Below, piece by piece: positions 1 to 8,449 of a stretch of DNA of 64,000 nt (position 1 is the first letter of the stretch; each line of letters begins with the position of its first letter). This DNA is from a virus. The stretch lies in IMG/VR virus record IMGVR_UViG_3300025137_004926, one strand, 5' to 3'. The position numbers were made by a program, and so were the translations under genes. The notes beneath the pieces are model-generated. The model was not told the DNA's origin and ran no database searches. It saw only the letters and a list, made by a program, of their open reading frames with translations.

Positions 1-13
1 ATGTTTAAGTCTA

Positions 14-100
14 GCCTCCTTGGTGGAATAGGTAGACACAAGAGACTTAAAATCTCTCGCCTTTAAAAGCGTCCCGGTTCGAGTCCGGGAGGAGGCACCA
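14..100 (+). tRNA. tRNA-Leu(TAA)
   Basis: Cloverleaf GCCTCCT/..GGAGGC-A-CCA; anticodon arm AGAGA-CT-TAA-AA-TCTCT; long variable arm; GTTCGAGTC T-loop. Confidence 0.95.
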
Positions 101-108
101 ATCATCAC

Positions 109-183
109 GCACCCTTCGTCTATCGGTTAGGACGCCAGGTTTTCAACCTGGAAAGACGAGTTCGATTCTCGTAGGGTGTACCA
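109..183 (+). tRNA. tRNA-Glu(TTC)
   Basis: Anticodon arm CCAGG-TT-TTC-AA-CCTGG; T-loop GTTCGATTC; encoded CCA. Confidence 0.95.
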
Positions 184-191
184 TTTAAAAT

Positions 192-269
192 CTCCACTTA
201 GCTCAGTTGGATTAGAGCAAGTGCCTTCTAAGCACTAGGTCAGAGGTTCGAGTCCTCTAGTGGAGGCCA
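192..269 (+). tRNA. tRNA-Arg(TCT)
   Basis: Acceptor CTCCACT/AGTGGAG; anticodon arm AGTGC-CT-TCT-AA-GCACT; CCA. Confidence 0.95.
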
Positions 270-295
270 ACATTATATATCAAGAAAGAAAAAAA

Positions 296-457
296 ATGGG
301 AAAACATTTAAAAACACGAATGGATTATGATATGATTAATGAGTTTGCAAAAGAGATTGTAAAACTTGATAGTATTGAAAATCCTGTACTTACAAAGTAT
401 CTTGCTATGCAAAACTTTGAAGGTGCTGAATTGCGTAAGGAATTAAAAAATGAGTGA
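296..457 (+). CDS. hypothetical protein
   Basis: ORF; start moved to ATG 296 because the track start lies inside tRNA-Arg. Confidence 0.6.
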   Translation: MGKHLKTRMDYDMINEFAKEIVKLDSIENPVLTKYLAMQNFEGAELRKELKNE

Positions 458-605
458 AAATTATTGTACAACTAAAGGACTTGGTTGGGCAGTTTTAATT
501 ATTATTATCGGTATGGTAGGTATGCCCATTCTTGGATCAGCGATTGCTTACCCAGATAATTGCAAACAATCTATTCTTATTCCTTGTTTAGGATTATCAA
601 AATGA
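450..605 (+). CDS. small membrane protein (51 aa, not in ORF track)
   Basis: MSENYCTTKGLGWAVLIIIIGMVGMPILGSAIAYPDNCKQSILIPCLGLSK; one TM helix; overlaps both neighbours in translationally coupled fashion. Confidence 0.65.
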   Translation: MSENYCTTKGLGWAVLIIIIGMVGMPILGSAIAYPDNCKQSILIPCLGLSK

Positions 606-808
606 CACCAAGAGAAGAAGCTGAAATTGAAGCACAGAAAACTTATGTTGGATTCTTAAAAGCAAGTAAGTATACATTTTATGGTGCTCTTGTTTTTTTA
701 CTTGCAGTAGCATCATGTAACTTTGGTGTTGAAGATGGTCCTAAGAAAACAGGATCAGGATATAACGGTGAACAATATAATCCAAGTAATATTCAGTTAG
801 AGAAGTGA
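602..808 (+). CDS. aa3-type cytochrome c oxidase subunit IV-like small membrane protein
   Basis: ATGA-coupled start; EAQKTYVGFLKASKY followed by a TM helix resembles the alphaproteobacterial COX IV motif (xExTYxGFxK..). Confidence 0.5.
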   Translation: MTPREEAEIEAQKTYVGFLKASKYTFYGALVFLLAVASCNFGVEDGPKKTGSGYNGEQYNPSNIQLEK

Positions 809-817
809 TACTAAAAT

Positions 818-895
818 CGGGGTGTAGCTTAGTCTGGCTAAAGCGCCTGGTTTGGGACCAGGAGAGCATAGGTTCGAATCCTATCACCCCGACCA
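818..895 (+). tRNA. tRNA-Pro(TGG)
   Basis: CGGGGTG/CACCCCG acceptor; CCTGG-TT-TGG-GA-CCAGG; CCA. Confidence 0.95.
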
Positions 896-899
896 ATAA

Positions 900-1409
900 T
901 TAGTTTGCTAGTGGATTGTCTAACGCTCTTTGTAAACGTTTATTCAATCTGCCTTCAAGTTCTTTAAGTTTTAAATCAGTACTAGTCCTTAAGCTATCTG
1001 CTTTTTGTTCATAGTCTGTAAGTAACTGGTCACGTTTATTTTCAAAACGTTGGTCAGCTAAATCAATCTGTTCACGTACATTGTCCTCTACTTTGTTAAC
1101 ATCATCTTCCACTGAATCTACAATACGTTCTAATCTAACGATATCATCACGTAATCCGTTTTTAATATCTTTTGTATATTCTAACGTTTCATCTAGTTTT
1201 GTGTTAACTACTGCTAGTTCGGATCTGATTCCGCTTAGGTCTGGTGCTTGATAACTTTCAATCTTAGCTTTCATATTTCTATAATCATTATAAAATTCGA
1301 AGCCTCCCCATGCGGCGCCACCAAGTGTACTCAGAATTGTTATAATCAAAAATAACTTTCCACCAGTGAATTTAACTCCACCAACTTCTACTGTTGTTTT
1401 TTCACTCAT
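900..1409 (-). CDS. membrane-anchored coiled-coil protein
   Basis: N-terminal TM (LFLIITILSTLGGAAWGG) followed by a long heptad-rich helix; AGGAG RBS. Confidence 0.8.
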   Translation of the reverse strand: MSEKTTVEVGGVKFTGGKLFLIITILSTLGGAAWGGFEFYNDYRNMKAKIESYQAPDLSGIRSELAVVNTKLDETLEYTKDIKNGLRDDIVRLERIVDSVEDDVNKVEDNVREQIDLADQRFENKRDQLLTDYEQKADSLRTSTDLKLKELEGRLNKRLQRALDNPLAN

Positions 1410-1418
1410 AAGTTGCTC

Positions 1419-1748
1419 CTATTTTAATTCAAACTGTATGCCAAAAACGACACCAGTTCTTTCTTCATCTTCAATCGTTGGCATAACGAAAAAGTTTTTA
1501 TATCTTAATCTAGCCATTGGTACAACATCATAGTCATATCCAGTGGCAACGCCAATATCTAATGACAGGTCTTTATTAAGACTATATTTATACGCCCCAA
1601 TAAGACTCCATCGGTCTAAACTATTATAGTAAGTTCCTACAATAGTCTTTTCGGTTTCACACATTGCATATGGGTGAAGATTGTTATATTTCCCTTCTAA
1701 TCCCACATGTGCTGAAAGTGCCAAACCCAATACTAAACAATTTAACAT
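1419..1748 (-). CDS. putative small outer-membrane beta-barrel or exported protein
   Basis: Hydrophobic N-terminus, alternating beta-strand pattern, C-terminal GVVFGIQFELK. Confidence 0.6.
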   Translation of the reverse strand: MLNCLVLGLALSAHVGLEGKYNNLHPYAMCETEKTIVGTYYNSLDRWSLIGAYKYSLNKDLSLDIGVATGYDYDVVPMARLRYKNFFVMPTIEDEERTGVVFGIQFELK

Positions 1749-4567
1749 TATTCCATCCCCTCATATTGCATATCAACCATTTTCTCATGTAATATTTCAC
1801 TTGCTAAACCATTACGTAATCCTCTCTGATTTTCAGGAATCTTTTTATCTTTATAAATTTCTTCATATTGATAAAACTCTACACCTGGTATATAATATTC
1901 ACCATATGCTTTGAAGCCTGGTACGTAATTTATAAGTGCAGATATTTGAGCCTGTAAAGCCTGTTGCTGTTCTAGTGATACGGCTCTGCCCATAACATCT
2001 GCTAATTCTTTCAATTTGTTTTTGATGATTTCTTTCATCTTTTTTAATTTTGCTTTTCGTTTTTCTTCTTTAGTCATTTTCTTTTTTGAAGGTTTATTTG
2101 AAGTAACCTCTTTATCATCAGAAGATTTTTCACTTGATTTTTCTTCTTTCTTTTCTTTTTTATCTGACTTTTCTTCTTTTTCTTCTTTTTCTTCTACTTC
2201 TTCTGACTCTTCTTCACTTTCTTCATTCTCAGATTCATCAGTATCTTCCTCGGATTCATTTTCTTCGTCACTACTTTCATCCTCAGTTGATTCTTCTTCT
2301 GTACTTTCTTCTTCTGTACTTTCTTCGTCACTACTTTCTTCTGTTTCTGTAGACTCCTCATTAGCGTCCTCATTTTCTGTACTTTCCTCTGCTATATCCT
2401 CTATTGATTCTGACTCACTTTCTTCTGTCTCTACTTCTAATTCTAATTCCATTGTATCATCTGATGTGTCTTGTGTTGGAATTTCTATATCGATTTCCAT
2501 TTCTGCTTCAATTTCCATCTCTAGTTCCATCTCAATTTCTAATTCAAGTTCTTCTACAACATCTGGGACGGGAACCTCAATCACTTCTGGTTCAACTGGT
2601 GTAACTGGTAAAATCTCAACTTCTGGCATAGAAGGTACTTCAATTTCTACACCAGGTATTATTCCAGGAATAGTAACTTCTGGTGCCTCAATAATGTTGT
2701 CAACAACTGAATCACCAGTACCTGTACCATCATCAATAAGGTCGTCTATATCTGTTTCTACTACAGGTGCAACATAGCCTGGACACATATCATCATATTG
2801 TGGGTTTTGTTGACATTGTTGATTAAAGTATGCATCCTGATATCCTGTACATTGAAAGTTGTAAAGTGGATCTAAATCACATTGCTGATTAAAATATGCA
2901 TCTGCATATCCTGTACAACTTTCATCATACAATGGATTCTGTTCACATTGATATGTTAAGAAAGCCTCTGCATATCCAGTACATGAACTATCATATAATG
3001 GATTAGATTCACATTGAAGTATTAAATATGCCGCATCATAACCTGTACATTCTGAATCATATAAAGGATTGGCAGTACAAGCCTGATTGAATATGTATGT
3101 TGCATATGCATCTGCATAACCTGTACACATTTGATTGAATAGTGTATTGGAATTGCATTGTGTAGTCATGTATGAAGTTTTAAAAAATCTATAAGTTTTA
3201 CCATTGTCTGGTTGAACAGTATTTCCACTTGCATTTTTTGTATACAAGAACATATGAGTTCCAGTTCCACTACCTTGAACAGAAATATTACTGATAGTAC
3301 CATAATCGTCAGTACAACTTGTACCTGTACATTCCCATTTCCAACCACCTGCGTTTATTTCTGCTTGGTTATAATATAATATCCAATAAAGTGTTGGGTC
3401 ATTTGCTTTAGTTACTTCAACAAAGTCACTGCCGGCTCCTGCAACGTTTGTACCATTGTTAGTTAATTCTGTAATTGCATTACTGTAACCTGTGCATGAA
3501 CTATCATAGTGTGCATCTAAAGAACATTGTTGTGCTAAGTAGGCCGCGGCATAACCCGTACACCCACTATCATAAAGAGGGTTAGCAGTACATTGTTGAG
3601 TATAGATTGCATCTGCGTAACCAGGACAAGACGCATCGTGTGTTGCATCTAAACTACATTGCTGATTAAGATAAGCAGTAGCATAGCCTGGACAACCGGT
3701 ATCATATAAAGCATTAGCGGCACAATTTTGGTCATACTGTTGGGCCGCATATGCAGTAGCATATCCTGGACAACTTGGATCATATAGTGCAGTATCATTA
3801 CATGGATTTGCTCTATAAGTAAACCAAGTTTTTAAATCTTTTACGATAGGTCCGTAATACCCGTCCCAATTACCTTTATCGTAACCACTAATTCTAAAAC
3901 GAACATCACCTACTGAATTTGGTGTACGTATTGTTCCTATTTTATCTATATGATTGTAAATTTCTATATTGTCTTCGTGTATCTGCCAGACAGTTGCGCC
4001 TTCACTAACTTCATTATTACTGTAACTATTACTTGATGTCCAATCATACCATGTATCCATAGTCCAAGTTTTAGTTTCAACTACGTTACCACTAGAATCT
4101 GTGACTTCTACAACTACAACTAGTTCATCCCAATATGTATCATCGGTAATCTCACCTGTTGTAGTGTTTACTCTATCTTCAATATCAATACTACAGAATT
4201 TCCCAGGTTCATTAAAGCAATGTATATACTTCCACTGATAATGAACTTTGTCTATGCTAACGCCAGTGCCTTGTAGTGCTTGATTAATTGCGTAAGAAAT
4301 AGCAAATGTATTTTGACACTCTCCCCACCTTATAGAACTTCCGTTTGAATATACATATGCCGCAGAGGTACCTGCAGGGCAATTACCAAATGGTTGGTTT
4401 ATTGTACCATCACCTAAATCTAAGGTGTTTGGACTAGTAGTTGTTGGATTATCTGGTGCAGTAGTATCGGTTGCGTATACTGTGCTACAAAGCGAAAGCC
4501 AGAATAGCAAGAATACCGCCGATAGTAAGCCCTTCACGCATCCCTTCTTTAGCAAGTTTCTTCTCAT
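1748..4567 (-). CDS. large exported Cys-repeat protein with acidic stalk
   Basis: Signal peptide; 11 C-x9-C-xGY repeats in two blocks; Pro/Glu-rich then E/S-rich low-complexity tract; basic C-terminal domain. Confidence 0.85.
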   Translation of the reverse strand: MRRNLLKKGCVKGLLSAVFLLFWLSLCSTVYATDTTAPDNPTTTSPNTLDLGDGTINQPFGNCPAGTSAAYVYSNGSSIRWGECQNTFAISYAINQALQGTGVSIDKVHYQWKYIHCFNEPGKFCSIDIEDRVNTTTGEITDDTYWDELVVVVEVTDSSGNVVETKTWTMDTWYDWTSSNSYSNNEVSEGATVWQIHEDNIEIYNHIDKIGTIRTPNSVGDVRFRISGYDKGNWDGYYGPIVKDLKTWFTYRANPCNDTALYDPSCPGYATAYAAQQYDQNCAANALYDTGCPGYATAYLNQQCSLDATHDASCPGYADAIYTQQCTANPLYDSGCTGYAAAYLAQQCSLDAHYDSSCTGYSNAITELTNNGTNVAGAGSDFVEVTKANDPTLYWILYYNQAEINAGGWKWECTGTSCTDDYGTISNISVQGSGTGTHMFLYTKNASGNTVQPDNGKTYRFFKTSYMTTQCNSNTLFNQMCTGYADAYATYIFNQACTANPLYDSECTGYDAAYLILQCESNPLYDSSCTGYAEAFLTYQCEQNPLYDESCTGYADAYFNQQCDLDPLYNFQCTGYQDAYFNQQCQQNPQYDDMCPGYVAPVVETDIDDLIDDGTGTGDSVVDNIIEAPEVTIPGIIPGVEIEVPSMPEVEILPVTPVEPEVIEVPVPDVVEELELEIEMELEMEIEAEMEIDIEIPTQDTSDDTMELELEVETEESESESIEDIAEESTENEDANEESTETEESSDEESTEEESTEEESTEDESSDEENESEEDTDESENEESEEESEEVEEKEEKEEKSDKKEKKEEKSSEKSSDDKEVTSNKPSKKKMTKEEKRKAKLKKMKEIIKNKLKELADVMGRAVSLEQQQALQAQISALINYVPGFKAYGEYYIPGVEFYQYEEIYKDKKIPENQRGLRNGLASEILHEKMVDMQYEGME
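2774..3802 (-). repeat. two blocks (5 + 6 units) of ~66-nt / 22-aa CxxNPLYDxxCxGYAxAY repeats
   Basis: Read from the translation; blocks at about 3478-3802 and 2774-3157, separated by a ~105-aa unique insert. Confidence 0.85.
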
Positions 4568-5075
4568 TATCTACATCAACCTTTATAGGCATTTCTTGAG
4601 GATTTTTCTTCCACAATTCGTATGCTTCTTCACCAATTTTACCGTTATATGGACAGGGTGTTCCTGCCATAGACATTGCATCAAATACTCTTCGGTCTTG
4701 ACACATAACAGACACCGCCGCTACCTTCATGCCCATATCATACAATGTTTTGGATAATTTTAATCTTTCACAATTGGCATCCCTATATGTTTGTCCTGTA
4801 GATACTCCTAAAATCTGCGTTTGCACTGCACCACTAACACCAACAGTACATAAATCAGAATTACTTCCATTAATGGAAGGTGATATTGCACTAGGTGGCG
4901 GGCTTTTTACAGTTGTTTTAGTATCCGAATCAGATTTGACTGTACTATTACTAGTAGAATCAGTAACGATAGGATCTGCCGCAATCGCAGGTGTAAATAA
5001 CATAAATCCCAACAACAATGCAATGACAAAGGTCATGGTGGTATTGTGGGAAAGATATTTCCTTTTTAGGGTCAT
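4485..5075 (-). CDS. exported Cys-containing protein with C-terminal membrane anchor
   Basis: GAGGAG RBS before ATG 5075; signal-like hydrophobic stretch; SPPPSAISP..C..C..C..CP; C-terminal TM LTIGGILAILAFAL. Confidence 0.8.
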   Translation of the reverse strand: MTLKRKYLSHNTTMTFVIALLLGFMLFTPAIAADPIVTDSTSNSTVKSDSDTKTTVKSPPPSAISPSINGSNSDLCTVGVSGAVQTQILGVSTGQTYRDANCERLKLSKTLYDMGMKVAAVSVMCQDRRVFDAMSMAGTPCPYNGKIGEEAYELWKKNPQEMPIKVDVDNEKKLAKEGMREGLTIGGILAILAFAL

Positions 5076-5142
5076 AAGTGTCTCCTCGAATTTTCTCTTC
5101 AACCATATACAATTAATTTTAATTAATTATACTCAATGTTAA

Positions 5143-5150
5143 TATTTATC
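5143..5150 (-). promoter_or_regulatory. late promoter GATAAATA for the minus-strand envelope operon
   Basis: Matches the motif recurring upstream of structural genes; T4 late consensus is TATAAATA. Confidence 0.6.
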
Positions 5151-5179
5151 TAATTGGTTCAAAAATTTGACATGGGGTA

Positions 5180-5208
5180 TTGACTTTTTGATAAAAATCG
5201 CTTATATT
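5180..5208 (+). promoter_or_regulatory. sigma70-type promoter for tRNA-Trp
   Basis: TTGACT-N17-TATATT. Confidence 0.55.
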
Positions 5209-5272
5209 AGTAAAAGATAATTTGACACACGAATCAGTTCAAAAAATTGACACCGTCAAATAGTTGTTGCGA

Positions 5273-5350
5273 GGAGGTGCCGTGAAGTTGGAGTTTCACA
5301 CTGGTCTCCAAAACTAGTATTAGTAGGTTCGAATCCTATCACCTCTGCCA
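5273..5350 (+). tRNA. tRNA-Trp(CCA), atypical C8
   Basis: GGAGGTG/CACCTCT acceptor; CTGGT-CT-CCA-AA-ACTAG; GTTCGAATC; CCA. Confidence 0.85.
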
Positions 5351-5367
5351 ACAAATACCTATTATTG

Positions 5368-5375
5368 TATAAATA
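5368..5375 (+). promoter_or_regulatory. late promoter TATAAATA
   Basis: Exact T4 gp55 consensus upstream of the MscS-like gene. Confidence 0.65.
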
Positions 5376-5396
5376 CGACTATAATGGGAGACACAA

Positions 5397-5825
5397 ATGA
5401 CAGACCTTAATTCACTAAGCATGAACCTATCTGATATGTTACTACCATGGATTGGTGTTCTGATATCTTTAGTCGTTGCTATTTGGTTTAAAGATTTTGC
5501 TACAGGATTAGCAAAAGGCTTAAAATTTAAAATGGATCCTGCATTCAATGAAGGCGATGAAGTATTACTTGATGGTGAACTAGCAATGATTGTAAAGATT
5601 GGTGTTAGACAAACAGTATTTGGTGTATATTCTGAGAGAGGATATACTTGGAGATACGTTCCAAATGAAAGAATTCCAGTATTAAAACTAGAGAAAGTTA
5701 TCAAAAAAGACTTGCACGTTGACACGGATGAGGAAAAAGCAAAAAAGATGAAGACACTTATCGACCAAGTACAAGATGATAAGATAGCCGCTAATTCACA
5801 AGCAATAAAAAACTTGAAAAAATAA
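5397..5825 (+). CDS. MscS-like mechanosensitive channel domain protein (truncated)
   Basis: TM helix then FNEGDEV..G..A.IVKIGVRQT..YVPNERI, the MscS middle beta-domain pattern. Confidence 0.65.
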   Translation: MTDLNSLSMNLSDMLLPWIGVLISLVVAIWFKDFATGLAKGLKFKMDPAFNEGDEVLLDGELAMIVKIGVRQTVFGVYSERGYTWRYVPNERIPVLKLEKVIKKDLHVDTDEEKAKKMKTLIDQVQDDKIAANSQAIKNLKK

Positions 5826-5828
5826 CAC

Positions 5829-5857
5829 TTGACACCGCATGTGTTTAATGTTATTAT
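5829..5857 (+). promoter_or_regulatory. sigma70-type promoter
   Basis: TTGACA-N17-TATTAT with extended -10 TG. Confidence 0.65.
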
Positions 5858-5886
5858 TATCTATATAAACTCACTAGGAGGTACTT

Positions 5887-6099
5887 ATGGACTTAGGTAT
5901 AAACCCAGGATACATTGCCGTTTTTTTCGGTTTAGTGTTATTCTACATGGGATATTTAAAAGGTAAGGATGTAGGCAGAGAGCAAGGCGCTGGTGGTATG
6001 GTTGACATGCTACATACAAACGGCTATCTAAAAGTAAAAGGTCATACTATGGATGAGCATGGTAAACCACAAATAGAATTTGCAAAAATAGACGAATAG
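5887..6099 (+). CDS. hypothetical membrane protein
   Basis: AGGAGG RBS; N-terminal TM. Confidence 0.75.
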   Translation: MDLGINPGYIAVFFGLVLFYMGYLKGKDVGREQGAGGMVDMLHTNGYLKVKGHTMDEHGKPQIEFAKIDE

Positions 6100-6108
6100 G
6101 AATATAAA

Positions 6109-6306
6109 ATGTCTTTTGAAATTGTATACACACCAAGGGTTCAAAGTGAGGTAATAGTTGCTAAATTTGAAACATTAGAAGAAGCAACTGACCACTTAGA
6201 AACAATTAAACAAACAAGACCCAAAGCATATCGACATCATAGAATTGAAGAAGTTAAAGAACAAGAATGGTTAGGGCAAGATAGTGGAATAGAAGATTAC
6301 GTATGA
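6109..6306 (+). CDS. hypothetical protein
   Basis: ORF with AGGA RBS, in operon. Confidence 0.7.
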   Translation: MSFEIVYTPRVQSEVIVAKFETLEEATDHLETIKQTRPKAYRHHRIEEVKEQEWLGQDSGIEDYV

Positions 6307-6722
6307 GTGACAATAAAGAATCTGAGAATTTAGATGCTCTTTTTGAGCGAATGGATAAGTTCTCAAAACAATTCGATTATATCAAACCTTTTGATAGTGA
6401 TATCAAAATATATTATTTCAAACATAGAGAACGTTTAAAAATGACTGTAAAAGTTTCTGATAACTTTGCTATGACATATTATTGGGATAAAGCAGAGTTT
6501 GAAGATATGATTGAACATTGGCAAAACGAGTGGGTTGGTAAAGCAAAAGGTATAGAAATGTTTGTTGGTCCAAAGAATAGAGACGGACAACGATTTGTAC
6601 GTATGTCAGCCGCACATGCGGCCTGTTTTGAACATCGTCTTCCATATCGTGCAATGATGCATATGAAAAAAGAATACTACAATCAACGTGACAATCCCAT
6701 GCCATGGGATAAAGAAGAATAG
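6303..6722 (+). CDS. hypothetical protein
   Basis: ATGA overlap with upstream gene. Confidence 0.75.
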   Translation: MSDNKESENLDALFERMDKFSKQFDYIKPFDSDIKIYYFKHRERLKMTVKVSDNFAMTYYWDKAEFEDMIEHWQNEWVGKAKGIEMFVGPKNRDGQRFVRMSAAHAACFEHRLPYRAMMHMKKEYYNQRDNPMPWDKEE

Positions 6723-6725
6723 GTC

Positions 6726-6754
6726 TTGACAATGACATTAAAAAATGTTAAATT
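6726..6754 (+). promoter_or_regulatory. sigma70-type promoter for clamp loader operon
   Basis: TTGACA-N17-TAAATT with extended -10 TG. Confidence 0.5.
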
Positions 6755-6778
6755 AAAAGATATTACACGGAGAATAAC

Positions 6779-7705
6779 TTGAAAGAATTATGGGTAGAAA
6801 AATACAGACCAAGTAATATAGGTCAGTATGTTTTCAGGGACGATAAACAAAAACATCAGGTACAAAGTTGGGTAGAAAGTGGTGCTATACCACATCTATT
6901 ATTTTCAGGCTCAGCAGGAACAGGTAAAACTACATTAGCAAAAGTTCTTTTAAAAGAATTGCAAGTTGATGAAGGCGATGTAATGATTATCAATGCATCA
7001 AGTGAAAATAATGTAGATACAATGCGTACAAAGATTAATGGATTCTCTAGTTCACTTCCTTTTTCAGGTGATTTCAAATATGTCTTATTAGATGAGGCAG
7101 ATTATCTATCTCAAAACGCACAAGCAATTCTACGTAATATGATGGAGACATATTCTTCAACATGTAGATTTATTCTGACATGTAATTATCCAAATAAAGT
7201 TATTCCAGCAATACATTCACGTTGTCAAGGGTATCATATTGAAAAACTAGATACAAATGAATTTACAGCCCGTATTGCAGAAATTCTTATTACAGAAAAT
7301 ATTCAACCAGACTTAGAAATACTTGATGTATATGTTAGGTCAGCATATCCTGACTTACGTAAATGTATCAATATGGTTCAACAGAATATTGTTGATGGTG
7401 CTTTACAACAACCTGGTCAAGGTGAAAGTGGTGAAAGTGATTGGATACTTGAATATGTGGCATTGTTTCAATTAGGTAAAGTAGCAGAAGCACGTAAACT
7501 AATCGTAGATAAAGCACGTGCAGAAGAATATGAAGGAGTGTATCGTAAACTATATGAGAATTTAGATTGGTTTGGTGATGATGAAATGAAAAAAGGCAAA
7601 GCATTAATGTGTATACGTGATGGCTTAGTAAATCACTCACTAGTTGCTGACCCTGAAATTAATCTAAGTGCAACATTATTAGAGTTACAATACATAGCAA
7701 AGTAA
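6779..7705 (+). CDS. gp44: DNA polymerase clamp loader ATPase subunit (T4 gp44 / RFC-like)
   Basis: LWVEKYRP, Walker A GSAGTGKTT, LDEAD, SRC motif; TTG start after GGAG. Confidence 0.92.
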   Translation: MKELWVEKYRPSNIGQYVFRDDKQKHQVQSWVESGAIPHLLFSGSAGTGKTTLAKVLLKELQVDEGDVMIINASSENNVDTMRTKINGFSSSLPFSGDFKYVLLDEADYLSQNAQAILRNMMETYSSTCRFILTCNYPNKVIPAIHSRCQGYHIEKLDTNEFTARIAEILITENIQPDLEILDVYVRSAYPDLRKCINMVQQNIVDGALQQPGQGESGESDWILEYVALFQLGKVAEARKLIVDKARAEEYEGVYRKLYENLDWFGDDEMKKGKALMCIRDGLVNHSLVADPEINLSATLLELQYIAK

Positions 7706-8106
7706 TGTACACACCAAAAGTAATTATTCCGGAAGGAATGCAGTCACAATATAAATTAATATTATACAGAGAAGTTATTAAATTATGCGAAGACAATGAA
7801 CCAGTTAATCCATTCAAATCTGTTTATGACACAGTTGAAGGATTAAGGATAGCATTGAATACTACTAACGATTTGCCTGGTGCTATAAAACATTGGGATA
7901 CAGAAGTATCAGAAGGCAGATATAATTATATTATTCTAGGAGACCCCAATCCTTCTAGTTATAAAGAAAGTGTTTTAGAAAGAGTTATGAACGAATGTGT
8001 AAATTCAAGTAGCTATTCAATTTCAGATGAATGGTTCCTGGCAAAGATAAATATTACTGATAAAAATAAGTTAGTAGTTAACAAATCAAAGATTACGATA
8101 GAATAA
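7705..8106 (+). CDS. hypothetical protein
   Basis: TAATG coupling. Confidence 0.7.
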   Translation: MYTPKVIIPEGMQSQYKLILYREVIKLCEDNEPVNPFKSVYDTVEGLRIALNTTNDLPGAIKHWDTEVSEGRYNYIILGDPNPSSYKESVLERVMNECVNSSSYSISDEWFLAKINITDKNKLVVNKSKITIE

Positions 8107-8107
8107 T

Positions 8108-8446
8108 ATGGCAAAAAAAGCATACATAGTAATAGCCCACTCGTTTAAACCCGCTGAAGGTGAAAATACTTCTATGAAGGACTTCGGTAAAAAAGGCAAA
8201 TGGATGATGATGGAAGATTGTTATTTCGTCACTAGACTGCGTAAACGTTATTGGGATCATTCAACAACAATTATCAATCTTACAGACGCTAAGATTGAAA
8301 AGAATTCCGCTGAAACAAGGGACTATAATAAGATAGTTCAACATGTTATGATTAAATATCCTCAACATTTTAATGCATTCGTTAAAGAGTGCAAAGAGGG
8401 TGGATTAATTAATAAGGGAGTTGCAGAGGAACAACCTACAGAGTAG
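8108..8446 (+). CDS. hypothetical protein
   Basis: ORF in operon; GATAAATA at 8046 upstream. Confidence 0.75.
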   Translation: MAKKAYIVIAHSFKPAEGENTSMKDFGKKGKWMMMEDCYFVTRLRKRYWDHSTTIINLTDAKIEKNSAETRDYNKIVQHVMIKYPQHFNAFVKECKEGGLINKGVAEEQPTE

Positions 8447-8449
8447 TAA

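Noticed and set aside
2016-2777. 253-aa Ser-rich plus-strand ORF
   Set aside because: Antisense shadow of the Glu-rich tract of the 939-aa gene
2774-3802. 66-nt periodic repeats as a CRISPR array
   Set aside because: Repeats are degenerate at synonymous positions, in frame within a CDS, and no cas genes are present
5111-5128. CtrA box (TTAA-N7-TTAA)
   Set aside because: Spacing is N6 and the region is very AT-rich
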